A stretch of 64,000 nucleotides of DNA from Mustelus asterias (GCF_964213995.1 NC_135813.1:60078001-60142000), one strand, 5' to 3'. Shown: positions 1-11,915, numbered from the stretch's first letter. The notes: generated by a model from the letters alone, not told the origin. Made by a program: numbers and translations.

Positions 1-21
1 CAGGTTTTAGGAACAAATCTG

Positions 22-95
22 ATTGGTTGAAATGTAAAGGCTAATTTGCATTCCAACACAATGTAACACCTTCTTGCTGACAGGTGTTATTAAAA
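22..95 (+). promoter_or_regulatory. Ig light-chain V promoter, unit 1 (inverted CCAAT, octamer ATTTGCAT, E-box, TATA-like)
   Basis: ATTGG 22-26, ATTTGCAT 44-51, CAGGTG 81-86, TTATTAAAA 87-95, ~80-150 nt upstream of the leader ATG. The same four motifs recur in the same order at 44398-44471. Confidence 0.88.
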
Positions 96-174
96 GAGAG
101 AGAGAGAGATCCAGACAGTTAACCCATCTTGTCAAATAACTGGCAGAACTCGGTACCTCGGCAAACTTTTCACA

Positions 175-223
175 ATGAATGACTGGGTCCATGCGATCAT
201 TGTGTTCATTTTTGGACTGGCAT
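175..223 (+). CDS. Ig lambda (type II) light-chain leader exon, unit 1 (MNDWVHAIIVFIFGLA)
   Basis: ATG 175, 16 mostly hydrophobic codons plus 1 nt, donor GTGAGT at 224. Phase 1 matches the acceptor TTTCTTTCAG ending at 360. Confidence 0.92.
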
Positions 224-360
224 GTGAGTATTTATAACGTAGAGTCGATGTGAATGCGTGTTTTCGAAGATTATTTCGGTGATTTTTTAAAAAGTCAATT
301 TTTTTTCTGTAATTAATTTGAGTAGCTTAACATTAATATTTGGAATCTGTTTTCTTTCAG

Positions 361-708
361 TTTCTAACGCGGCGATTACAGTCAGTCAACCGCCTTCGAA
401 ATCTACTTCTCTCGGAGGAACCGTCCAAATAAGTTGCACCTTGTCTGGCGCCAGTTTAGGAAGCACTACCATATATTGGTACCAGCAGAAATCTGGAAAT
501 GCTCCCCGGTATCTGCTTTATCACTATGCTGGAAGCAGCACTAACAGAGCCCCGGGAGTTCCAAACCGATTTTCAGGTTCGGAGTCCGGTAACACGGGAA
601 CTTTAAGTATCAGTCAAGTTGAATCGGAGGACACCGCAGAGTATTACTGTGCTATGTGGATAAGCAACTTGTGCTACTTCGGCAGCGGAACCAAGCTGAA
701 CGTTGGCA
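361..708 (+). CDS. Germline-joined VJ exon of Ig lambda/type II light chain, unit 1 (intact)
   Basis: Encodes (F)SNA-AITVSQPPS...ISC...WYQQK...DTAEYYC-AMWISNLCY-FGSGTKLNVG in one frame with no RSS between V and J. Donor A|GTGAGT at 709. Confidence 0.96.
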
Positions 709-1302
709 GTGAGTAAATTCCTTTCTGTTACATTGTTCAAAACTCGCTTCCGGTTAATAGCAAAACATTCCCTGGGTATCTTATTTTGAATAAATTGAAA
801 TGTCCTTTTAACAACACAACCATGAATTCAATTTAACCTATACAAGGCGACTTGCAAATAATGTTTGTATCTGTCCATTTCGATAATGCTTTCTGATCTA
901 TCTGTCAGTCTGCATTAAGTTGTCTTAGCTCAGGCAGAATAACAACAAGCAGCAAAATTCCTGTACCATCAGATCAGTGGGATGAACAAAGCGCTTTAAT
1001 CCTAATGTGCCATCACACGACCTTGCAGAGAAAGAAAACATGTAGATTCCCGGTAATACCAAGAAAAATCTCAATGGTTTTAAGTCCCGTTCCTTAAAGA
1101 CTTTACCAAATCACAGTGCCTATTGACACAAGTAAATAATGAGCACTTGCGCCAGTTACGTGAACTGATGGACCTCGCGTAGAAATAGCCCCTTATAAAT
1201 AGCCCATCAAATATAGCAAGAGAAATAGGAAGGCAAAAAATGGATGGTAAATCAAACTGACTACAACGCTCTGCATTCGGACCCCCTGCTAACTTTTAAC
1301 GA

Positions 1303-1579
1303 AAAGTAAAGTTTATTAATTAGCCACAAGTAAGGCTTACACTGCAATGAAGTCACTGTGAAAGTCCCCAAGTCGCCACACTCCAGCGCCTGTTGGGGTG
1401 AATGCACCTAACCAGCACGATTTTCCGACCGTGGGAGGAAACCAGAGCACGCGGAGAAAACCCACGTACACATGGGGAAAACGTGCAAACTCCTGACAGG
1501 CAGTGACCCTAGGCGGGAATCGAACACGGTTTCCTGGCGCTGTGAGGCACTAACACTAACCACTGTGCCATCGTGCCGC
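1303..1579 (-). mobile_element. tRNA-derived SINE in J-C intron (same insertion present in unit 2)
   Basis: Minus strand reads GCGGCACGATGGCACAGTGGTTAG...GTTCGATTC (pol III A/B boxes) through to an AATAAACTTT tail. Copy at the homologous site 9943-10240. Confidence 0.88.
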
Positions 1580-3205
1580 TCCTTCTCCAATGGAATTATT
1601 GCTACACTGAATATCCCGGATTTGATTTGAACTGAGGTTCAACCCGGAATTTTGATTTAAACAGACAGTGCAGGATGATTGGCCGCTCATGAGGAAACTC
1701 TTTCTATTGGACATTGTTTAATTGTACAGCACCCAAAGAAAAACTTTGAATTCACACGGCCCCTGTAAGTAAGGCTTGTATACTTCTCTGTCGAAGCGAA
1801 TGCTGGGTTGCAAGTAAAATAGCGAATCACTTACTGGTCTTCTCTGTAATGAATGAAACATTAACAAGTTTTACTACAGCGCAGAATCTTTTTAAAACTA
1901 ACATTGTGTGAACATGTGATCAGTGACATTAAATTTTATCATTGTGCTCCAACAATTCACATTGCCAGATTGCCCTTTGTATTGAGCATGCGCCCCACAG
2001 AGAAACATCTCCAGTTATTTCTGATGTTGAAATCTGATCTGAGTTTGTTGCTTATTTCCAGGCAGAGACCTGTAATCAGAGAAGGCAGAATGTGACCCAG
2101 TGTAACAATTCCACTGTATTAATAATGTTAATCATATCTAACACTTACCTCTTCCACTAATAATGCAGTCGAACTCGTCCACTATAAGACTAAAAGACCA
2201 TCTCTTAGCTCTAAACCTTGCTCGGAAAGTTGCATCAATATAGCGCCTCCATACCAGCAATATTAAGTGCCGATTGTAACTTGGCCCAGAGTGTAGCACG
2301 GTGGATGCTGGGTCGACAAAAGATTTTTCATTTCCCCCGACTCCTACTTCTGTCGACCTTAATGTAAAACTCTCTGTCCATAGATCACCAGTGTTAGCCT
2401 GTTGCACAAAGTCAAGGTTTCTATCATCTTGTCTAACAAAAGACGCACATTTAAGGACACACCCCGTACTGATAAATAGTTGCGTTTATTTCGTGGCTTG
2501 CATCCGATACATACCAGAGTGTTTGCTGTAATATTTTTATTAATGAGATCCCCAAAATGATCTCCGCGGCCACTTTTCCCCACAGACAGTAATGAGACCA
2601 ATCACTGGTTAATCTGCTTTCGCACAATGAGGACAGTCTGTCGGCATCTCCAAAACTGTAAGATTTAGTGAGTTAGGTCCATCAATCGAGGATCTTGGTT
2701 TAAATCTAATCCAAAAGCTGTCACCACCGCCTGAACCACATTCCCTTCGCTGGAATATCAGTCTAGGTAGCGCGGTCAGCTTCCAGCGTGGAGTTGAAAC
2801 CGTCTGACCCAAGAGGGGAGAATCTCACCGGGTGAAGCTGCCAGAGAAACTGCAACTACACTGCTCAGGATTATAACATAAAAGTTCATCAGTGAAACCT
2901 GATGGTAAAACTGATCAACATTTCTGCCCATTGGAACACAATAGGGCAAATTTAGTGTATGTTCAGCGTTTGTAAGTCTATTTCTAATTTTGACTGGCAA
3001 CGCAGATTTTCAATGTGGAGACACGGCAGCTAAAAATAACAGCGTTATTTTCAACAATATATCATGAACCAAGATATCTTTAATGATATTCTGGGAGACA
3101 TTGAGAAATATAATGCGCATGTATTGAATTGTTTTCTGTAAAATTGAACAGAGTCAACCCCAGTTCGACTCCAGTCAGTCATTAAAACTGAACTTCGCTT
3201 TTTGG

Positions 3206-3264
3206 ATCCAAATGTCCCAACGATCTCCCTCCTTCACCTTTCCTCGGATGAACACACAAAGTAA
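3206..3264 (+). pseudogene. Truncated C-like mini-exon upstream of C1 (acceptor AG mutated to GG)
   Basis: Phase-1 translation xPNVPTISLLHLSSDEHTK* aligns with the C-exon start xPQKPSVSLLPPSSDQITVK. Preceded by CTTTTTGG where the other units have CTTTTTAG. Confidence 0.72.
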
Positions 3265-3381
3265 AGGGATCTATTTATTGTATTCAATGAATGACAGAAT
3301 TTGGATCATATTGTTTGGAAAATTAAAGTGCGTCAAACAAATCAATTCCCCAACACTAAACCTATTTTATTTTTAAACCAG

Positions 3382-3704
3382 GTCCGCAGAAACCATCTGT
3401 CTCCCTCCTCCCACCTTCATCGGATCAAATCACAGTGAAGAACACGGCGACCCTGGTGTGTTTGGTGAGCGGTTTTAAACCGGGAGCTGCGGAGATTGAA
3501 TGGACTGTAGACGGCAGCGTCAGAGGGAATGGTGTTGAAACCAGTCGGGTCCAGCAGGAGGCGGACAACACGTTCAGTATGAGCAGTTATCTGACTCTGT
3601 CAGCCTTCGAGTGGAACTCACACGAGCTTTACTCCTGTCTGGTCAAACACGAGGCTCTAGCAAACCCACTTAAAACAACCGTCTCCAGATCGAGCTGTAT
3701 GTAA
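3382..3704 (+). CDS. Ig lambda/type II constant exon C1 (intact)
   Basis: Acceptor TTTTAAACCAG ending 3381, phase 1. Encodes SPQKPSVSLLPPSSDQITVKNTATLVCLV...EW...SSYLTLS..EWNSHELYSCLVKHE...SRSSCM*, with C1-set Cys/Trp motifs and the penultimate Cys. Confidence 0.96.
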
Positions 3705-4012
3705 ATTCAGAAACTGTTCTCGACCCAGCTGCGAATGTTTGTTCATTTCTGTTCATTTCTTTCATGTGACAAAAAGGGTAGAAATTGATCGCATTTCAGA
3801 AATTTAAGAAAATGGCCACCGCGGCTGGAGCTTCGGGTTTTATCACTTGCTCTTTTTAAAGGGTCTTCGATCGGACCATTGCCGGTGTTCAGTGAAACCT
3901 CGTTGTTTATTAATTTACCTTTATGTGTCCGATAATCGTAATTAAAATGCAACAATCTGGTTATGGCAATTTAAGAGTCTACTCACAGTTAGACATTTAG
4001 GTAAAACTGTTC

Positions 4013-4018
4013 AATAAA
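4013..4018 (+). terminator. PolyA signal, unit 1
   Basis: AATAAA ~310 nt after the C stop codon; conserved at 13902, 30242 and 48930. Confidence 0.8.
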
Positions 4019-4180
4019 ATAATTAAGATCAAATGCAATACGACCCACCGTATCTTTTATTGCTATTTTCAAGATAAGTCAAATTTAACACTTTTTCGGT
4101 ATTATTCAGCCTTACGTAACATGGTATATTGAAAAACTTTCATTGTCAACTTTGAGATGTAAGCTATTGTTCGTACTCTC

Positions 4181-4543
4181 TGTTGGTGGGGTACCCGAGT
4201 TGACCGGTACTGCCCAAGCTTTAGACCATGCAAGACACACGAAGCCAGTATTTCTGTATTAAAGATGTAACATATTAAAACCAACGGCTGCCAGGAGGTC
4301 ATCAAAGAGTTAAGTAGCTCTGACATAGAGCAGCAAAATCTCTCCAATGAATCTAACATATACAATCAAAAACAAATCAATTATACTTTTCTTCCCTTAT
4401 GAATCATTTCCGTCTTTCAGTAACTTTAAAACAATCATTTTCAAGATGCACAAATTAACAGTAAAACAAGTCAAATACCCTATCCAACCGCATTCTATCC
4501 CTCAGCATAATGGTATTTTATTAGTCCGAGAAATCTGGAAGGT
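4181..4543 (-). mobile_element. Partial LTR (same insertion as 14070-14979)
   Basis: Starts TGTTGGTGGGG at the site homologous to 14070 and matches that copy up to ...AAATCTGGAAGGT. Unit 3 has the empty site at ~30409. Confidence 0.7.
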
Positions 4544-4592
4544 AACTCCTGTAGCGGGATCTTTCTTTTTACTCCACTTGCGGGCCGGTATT

Positions 4593-4926
4593 TGGGGGTC
4601 CGCCGATAGCTGTGAGTGTCTCTCTCCTACAAATTTCAAAGGATCGGGGAATGCCGCACTGGGGCAACTCCGCAGGAGAGAGCGCTGAACCAGGCTCAAC
4701 GTTTATACCTGACAGGTAGCCTGATACTTATATCACACAGCTATCCCAAAACCACCACCTGGGGGTCTGCCAATAGCCGTGAGTGTCTCTCTCCTACAAC
4801 TTCCAAACGGTCAGGGAATGCCGCACTGGGGCAGCCCCGCAGGAGAGAGCGCTGAACCAGGCTCACCATTTATACCTGACCGGTAGCTTGATACTTATAT
4901 CACACAGCTATACCAGAACCACTACC
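4593..4926. repeat. Two tandem 167-bp repeats, each with an internal inverted repeat
   Basis: 4593-4759 and 4760-4926 align end to end. Each contains CTCTCTCCT...AGGAGAGAG. Confidence 0.9.
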
Positions 4927-7094
4927 AAGGCCCGAGTGATTAACTCCCTTGTCGGTGGGACAATAGCCACCCTGTACCCACACCACTCGAGTGGGTTCCC
5001 AAGAGATAGAAACAGAGAGACTGCAACAGTTCCCGAAGGTTGGAAGGTCGCAAAGTCAATCCTGATATTTACGAAAGGAGGAATAAATAAATTGGGGAAT
5101 CAGGAGACAGTGAACCTCGAATCAGGGACAGGCAAAAATCTAGAACCTCGTTATTGGAGGCGTGATAACAGGGCACTTAGAAAGTCAGTTTTTTGAGGAT
5201 GTCACTGGAAAGAAGAATAAGGTGGGATCAGCGGGTTTATTAGTATCTTTACAAAAAACTATGAATCAGGTACCACCACACACATTTAATAGACAAAATT
5301 CGGGAACATGGGATTGGGTGCAATTTATTAGCCTGAATTGAAATTGGTGAATGGACAGAAAATAGGAAGCAGGAATAAATTGGTCATTATCGCGTTGGCA
5401 GCATTTAGAGAGCAGGGTTTGGAAGGATCAAAACATATTTATAATATTTTAATTTTCGACGCAGAGAGCTGTAGAATCGCAGTCACTGTATTTATTCAAG
5501 CCTGAGATTTATTTTGGGTTATTAAGCTAATTATCGAATTTGGGGAGAGCGCAGGAAGGTGGTCTTGAGGTAGATGGTCTGTCCATGACTTTGCTGAATG
5601 GCGCAACAGATTCGAAGGACTTAAGTTCACCTTCCTGCTCCTATTTCTTATGTCCTTATGTCCAGCTGTTAAGTATTTTCTTGTGTTGATTACGGACGAA
5701 GGGAATAGGAAGTAATTTAATTTTTATTCGGCTTGTCCCATGTCGATCAATCACAAGCTGAAGAAGCTTGCTAAAGCCAGGTTAAAAACTGTCAGTGCAA
5801 AACTTTAACAGAAACAATATAAGGTTTCAATCCATCCTTTGCTTGAGCGCGTGGCTGATGATTTTGGCTTCATCACAGATATCCACATTCAGTTGCGCAG
5901 CCTGTTAGCCAATGCGCCGTTTGACCAAGCACTGTTCTGAAGCCTGCAAACATGCGCTATCTCCTGTGCCAGCTGAAGAACTCTGTCTAGGTACTATTAA
6001 TGACAATAGAGCCTTTAGCAATTAGATTGATGAATTCCATAGGCATTGGACAAAGAAAATTAAACCTGGTACATTGTTTCCTGGCCACTGAAACTGATTT
6101 GCAGCATTTCGACTGAAATGTATTCTTTAATCGTGCATTCTATTCACTATGACATCCTTCAGAAGAGACATGAAACTGTGTCTCCCTTTTGTATCCCATG
6201 TAGATATGATTTTTATTGAAAGAACAGGGACAGGCCCTTCGGCCCACCAAGTCTGTGCCGATACAGATGCCTCTCGAATCTAATATTTTCTTGCTTCTAC
6301 GTGGTCCATAATACTCCATTAAAGAAAATAAATCCATATAATCAATCCATGAAAGTATTCGAAAAACAAATTTCCCTTCAATGAACATCACTAGAAATGA
6401 TTATGCTGTGATGACGTTTCTGCTTGCGAAAGTTTGATGTGCACAAATTTTCTGCCGCGATCCCTATATCACAACAGTGACTACACTTCAAATCTATTCC
6501 ATTGACTGTGAAGAGCCTCAGGACGTCCTGATATCGTGAAAGGCGCCATGTAATTGTAATGAGGAGAATTGTCAGGAGGAGAATTGTCAGGGGAAAGATG
6601 AGTTGAGTGGGATTTCACGGATCTCCCTTCCAAAGCGCCATTCAGTCTTGATCGGCTGAGCCGCCTCCTTCTGTATGTGATACTGCTCCATGATTTCAAA
6701 TGATACGTTCGAGGGATGGCATGGAATTGTGAGAGAGGAAGCGTCCAAAAACATTTGTTTTGCCGCGAAGGAATCGGGGGAAATAAATCCATGATCGCTT
6801 CATACTACTGAATGGTCTCTAAATAAAGGAATGCGTTCATTTCAATTAAATTCTGGAACCAACTGCTTCGAATTTTCCAGTGCGCCGTTAAGGAATGGAT
6901 TCCACTTCGAGCAGCGCATGAACTCTACCCATATTGATTCAATTTCATGGATATGCACAACATGTGATCTCTCCTATTTCTGAGACTTGATACAGGCGCG
7001 CATTTGATACTCAATTCTCTGTTAATAACGTGCTTCCCAAATGCGAGCAAATGATGGCCAAATAGCCGTGAAAACTCAATAGGGGCGTTATTGC

Positions 7095-7370
7095 CCATCC
7101 CTTGTTGATCTTGATCAGAAGGAAGTTGGGAGTTAGCCACGTTGCTGTGGCTTTTGTGTCACATGTAGGCCAGACCAAGGCAAAGACGGCAGATTTCCTT
7201 CCCTGAAGGTACATTGGTGCACCAGATGGGGTTTTCCGACAGTCGTTTCATGGTTCTCAATTCCAGACTATTTTAATTGCACCAGGTGCCGTAGCGGGAT
7301 TTGAACCCTTGGCCACAGTACATTAGCTGAGTTTCTGGCTTAATAGTTCAGCGATAATACCACTCGGCCA
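7095..7370 (-). mobile_element. Old degenerate tRNA-derived SINE
   Basis: GGGATTTGAACCC (reverse B box) plus body. Related fragments at ~18245-18385 and ~37320-37432. Confidence 0.55.
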
Positions 7371-7889
7371 TAGATCCACAGGCAGATCAATTGCTTCCAA
7401 AAAATCTTGAAGTAGGAAATTGCAGGAGCTCTGGCAGGAATAACCGAGAAATTGCTGAATACTGTGGAGGTGTCTGGACACGAGACATAAGCAGGTTAAC
7501 TCTTTTAATGGTAGAAAAAGTGATTCATGGAAACACATGTGGTGAGTCTGCCGCCCATTGTGTGGAAAATTCGGGAAACATTTATTAAAGATAATATCAT
7601 CGAGCAGAAAGCAGATCTACAAAGATAGGACATTAGAGTCATGACTGAGAAGTCATTAACTTATTGTGTTTCTTTGGTAAAGGGCCTTGATAGTTGGAAA
7701 GTCTGGTACTTGGATTTCAGAGAGACATTTGATACAGATCCTGCGGAAAGATTGGTACTGGAATTGAACAATGCAGTAACGATTTGAAATATGTCACAAT
7801 GGATAGTCTTCCAGACACCTGAAGAGGGGTGCACACGACTCCCCTATCATGCCTCTCCCAGTCTGACCATAACAGACCTTTTGTTTTTT

Positions 7890-7933
7890 GGGGTGGCGGG
7901 GGGGGGGGGGGGGGGGGGGAATGGGGGTCGGGG
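7890..7933 (+). repeat. Poly-G tract
   Basis: G run of more than 20 nt. The homologous site in unit 2 (~18909-18938) is shorter and interrupted. Confidence 0.85.
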
Positions 7934-9942
7934 ATGGAACTGTGGGTGGTCGGGGCCGTATTAAACGTAGACATTTATGTGTTGTTTTCAAAGAACTTAA
8001 TCTGGCTGGCCTCCATGCATTTAAAACAAGAGAAAAGGTTAACGTGCGTGGATATAAAAAACCACTCAGGTAAAGGGACAGACACATTTCACATAGTAAA
8101 TCTCAATTTCGGAATATGCTCACCCACACAGTAAAACAAGCCGAATTGCCAAACTTTGCAGTAGGCGGCTGTTTCCTTAGCCAAATTAAAATTCAATGCT
8201 ATAAGGAAAAGTAAAGGAAAATTTCACTGTGATGAGTATTTTACTGTATCTGTGGCAGATTTTCTGCATGCTGGTCTTGGGATTCCAGGAATTGAAGCCC
8301 ATATAAAAGTACATTTCCATAGGGAATTGATTTAAAAATTGTCATTCGTCTTTTCCTAAGGTTGATGATTTTTGCACCCGCTCTGTCTTTCGATGTGTAG
8401 TCACTGTCTCTGTGCTGTGTTGTTAAACTGTAACAGAGAGAGGATCGTAACTGGGGACAGAAGAGGAGTGGCAGAGTATTTCGGCCCCACTGGCACATTG
8501 ATCTCCGATAACCGTTGTCGCAGCTTGTGTTCTGTATTCTGTTATTAGAGTCACCTGACCTCTCTCGCCATAATGATCTCAGCTGATATCAGAACACACA
8601 TCCGTAAAATCCCTGTAATCAGGTAGGTCAGATTCATCATGCATCTTGATGAGACAGGAGGATTGCGTGTCTATTTAACTTTTGTACTGGTCGTCTTTCT
8701 GAGTCTGATTAAGAGATCGCATTATCGAAATATACATTTGAGGGGCGGCACAGTTTCAGTAATTATTTTGAAGCAGTTCTTGAGATCGGCAGGTGTTACA
8801 TTCCATGAAGGTGTCTGGGCGTGTCTTAGTTGTATTCCTTATCGGAGTTGTTCGTAAAACTGGTCATCTGGTAATACCAGACTCCAGGTGACTTGCGGTA
8901 GCCATCTTAATTCAGTGACTTAGGTTGCTTTGTAAACATATTTTAAACAGTTGAATATGTATTCAATCAGGTGATTAAATGAAGGATTAATACCACTCAT
9001 GTACAAGTAACATGATCGTGAGAATAAATAATTGTTAATCAATAGAATCCAGAGGCCTGTGTCCCAAAGATTTTCTTCATCTTTGGAATGTTACCCACGT
9101 GTGCAATATGGGAGGATGTATTTTGTTTAATATCTTTATATGCGACCTGAGCTAGGAGTCAAGGACACGATGGTAAAAAATGTAACTGAAAGTAGGTGAG
9201 GAAACAGTGGACTCAGAAGCAAAACAGATTCACCCTGGAGAGATTTTGAATGGAGCTTGGAATTGTGCAGACATCTACCAGATGAATTTCAATGTAGAGA
9301 AATGTGAAGTGGGGAAAGTAATTCAGGAGGGTACTCATATTTCTAGAGCGATGGCGTAATGTGGGTACAAAATGAAAAATGAGAAAAAAAGTTGCGCTCT
9401 CTTATTGATTGATAATGAGTTGAAGATTTCTCAGTAATATTTGGTAGCAGTGACTAACCATGAATTCAATTTAACCTATACAAGGCGATCCTGCAAATAA
9501 TGTTACTATCTGTCGCCTTCCAATTCGATAATGCTTTCTGATCTATCTGTCGGTCTGCATTGAGTTGTCTTAGCTCAGCCAGAATAAGAACAAGCCGCAA
9601 AATTCCTGTACCATCAGATCAGCGGGATGAACAAAGGGCTTTAATCCTAATGTGCGATCCAATGACCTTGCAGAGAAAGAAAACATGTAGATTCCCGGTA
9701 ATACCAAGAAAGATCTCAATGGTTTTAAATCCCGTTCCTTAAAGTCTTTACCAAATCACAGTGCCTGTTGACACAAGTAAATAATGAGCACTTGCGCCAC
9801 TTATTTGAACTGACGGACCTCGCATAGAAATAGCCCCTCATAAATAGCCCCTCAAATATAGCAAGAGAAACAGGAAGGCAAAAAATGGATGGTAAATCAA
9901 ACTGACTGCAACGCTCTGCATTCGGACCCCCTGCTAACTTTT

Positions 9943-10240
9943 AAAGTAAAGTATATTAATTTGTCACAAGTAAGGCTTACACTGCAATGAAGTCACTGTG
10001 AAGTTCCCCAAGTCGCCATACTCCAGCGCCTGTTGGGGCTAATGCATCTGTTGGGGCTCATGCACCCTGAGTAGCACATCTTTCCGACTGTGGGAGGAAG
10101 CCGGAGCACCCGCAGAAAATCCACGTACACACGGGGAGAACGGGCAAACTCCTCACGGGCAGTGCCCCTAGGCGGGAATCGAACCCGGTTTGCTGATACT
10201 GTGAGGCAGTAATGTTAACCACTGTGCCACCGTGCCGCCC
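9943..10240 (-). mobile_element. tRNA-derived SINE (duplicate of 1303-1579)
   Basis: Same element at the same flanks as in unit 1. Confidence 0.88.
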
Positions 10241-11856
10241 CTTTGCAGATGGAATTATTGCTGCGTTGAATATCCCGGATTTGATTTGAACTGAGGTTCA
10301 ACCCGGAATGTTGATTTGAACAGACAGTGCAGGATGATTGGCCGCTCATGAGAAAACACTTTCTACTGGACATTGTTTCATTGTACAGCACCCAAAGCAA
10401 AGCTTTGAATTCACACGGCCACTGTAAGCAAGGCCTGTATACTTCTCTGCTGAAGCGTATGCTGTGTTGCAATTAAAATAGCGAATCACTTACTGGTCTT
10501 CTCCGTAATGAATGAAACATGACCAAGTTTCACGACAGCGCAGAGCCTTTTTAAAACTAACATTGTGAGAACATGTGATCAGTGGCATGATTAAATTTTA
10601 TCATTGTGCTCCAACAATTCACATTGCCAGATTGTCCTGTGTATTGAGCATGCGCCCCACAGACAGAAATCTCCAGTTATTTCTGATGTTGAAATCTGAT
10701 CTGAGTTTGTTGCTTATTTCGAGGCAGAGACCCGTAATCAGAGAAGGCAGAATGTGACCCAGTGTATCAATTCCACTGTATTAATGATGTTAATCATATT
10801 TAACACTTACCTCTTCCATTAATTATGCAGTCGAACTCGTCCACTATAAGACCATAAGGCTATCTCTTAGCTCTAAAGCTCACTCGGAAAGTTGCATCAA
10901 TATAGCGCTTCCAAAGCAGCAAAATGAGTGCGGATTGCAACTTGGACCGGAGTGCAACACGGTGGATGCTGGGTCGACAAAAGATTTTGCATTTCTTCCG
11001 ACTCCTACTTCTGTCAACCTCAATGTAAAACTCTCTGTCCTTATCATCAGTGTTACACTGTTGCACAAAGTTAAGGTTTCCATCATCTTCTCGAACAAAA
11101 GACGCACATTTAAGGATATAACCCGTACTAACAAGTAGTTGGGTTTATTTCGTGGCTTGCATCCGAAACATACCAGAGTGTTTGCTGTGATATTTTTATT
11201 AACGAGGACCCCAAAATGATCTCCGCGGCCACTTTTTCCCCATAGATGGTAATGAGACCAGTCACTGGTTAATCTGCTTTCGCACAATGAGGATAGCCTG
11301 TCGGCACTTCCTCCAAAACTGTAACATCTAGTGAGTTAGGTCCATCAATCGAGGAGCTTGGTTTAATTCTAATCCAAAAGCTGTAACCACGGCCTGAGCC
11401 ACTTTCCCAGTCAGTCCAGATAGCGCGGTCAGCTTCCCGTTTGGAGTTCAAACCGTCTGAGCCAAGGGGGAAGAATCTCACATGGTGAAACTGCGAGAGA
11501 AACTGCAACTACACTGCTCAGGATTATAACATAAACGTTGATCAGCAAAACATGATGGTCAAATTGATCAACACTTCTTCCTATCGGAACACAATAGAGC
11601 AAATTTAATGTATGTTCAGCGTTTCTAATTCTATTTCTAATTCTAACTGGCAATGCAGCTTCTCAATATGGAAACACGGCAGCTAAAAATAACTGCGTTA
11701 TTTTCAACAATATATTATGAACCAAGATATCTTTAATGGTATTCTGGGAGAAATTGCGAAATATAATGCACATGTATTGAATTGTTGTCTATAAAATTGA
11801 ACAGTCAACTCCAGTTCAACTCCAGTCAGTCATTAAAACTGAACTTCGCTTTTTAG

Positions 11857-11915
11857 AAACAAATGTCCCATCGGTCTCCCTTTTCCAGATTTCCTCGGAT
11901 GAACGCACAAAGTAA
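11857..11915 (+). pseudogene. Truncated C-like mini-exon upstream of C2 (acceptor intact)
   Basis: CTTTTTAG acceptor ending 11856; phase 1 gives xTNVPSVSLFQISSDERTK*. Confidence 0.72.

Noticed and set aside
318-360. Hydrophobic N-terminus of ORF 318-716 as a signal peptide
   Set aside because: It is the intron polypyrimidine region with a TTG start. The real leader is the 175-223 exon.
1112-1150. Perfect RSS heptamer CACAGTG in the J-C intron (also at ~9757)
   Set aside because: No nonamer-like sequence at 12 or 23 nt spacing, and not adjacent to a coding segment.
2138-3000. Minus-strand ORFs recurring in the J-C introns of units 1-4
   Set aside because: They recur because the DNA is duplicated. 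Frames, starts and stops shift between copies and no protein motif is recognisable.
3743-3955. Antisense ORF in the C 3'UTR repeated at 13632-13844
   Set aside because: Shared only by the recently duplicated units 1 and 2 and not maintained in units 3 and 4.
4593-4926. CRISPR-like or prokaryotic repeat array
   Set aside because: Vertebrate context, two contiguous copies, no spacers and no cas genes.
9440-9470. RAG-mediated germline deletion as the cause of V loss
   Set aside because: No heptamer/nonamer or signal-joint signature is visible at the unit 2, 3 or 5 breakpoints.
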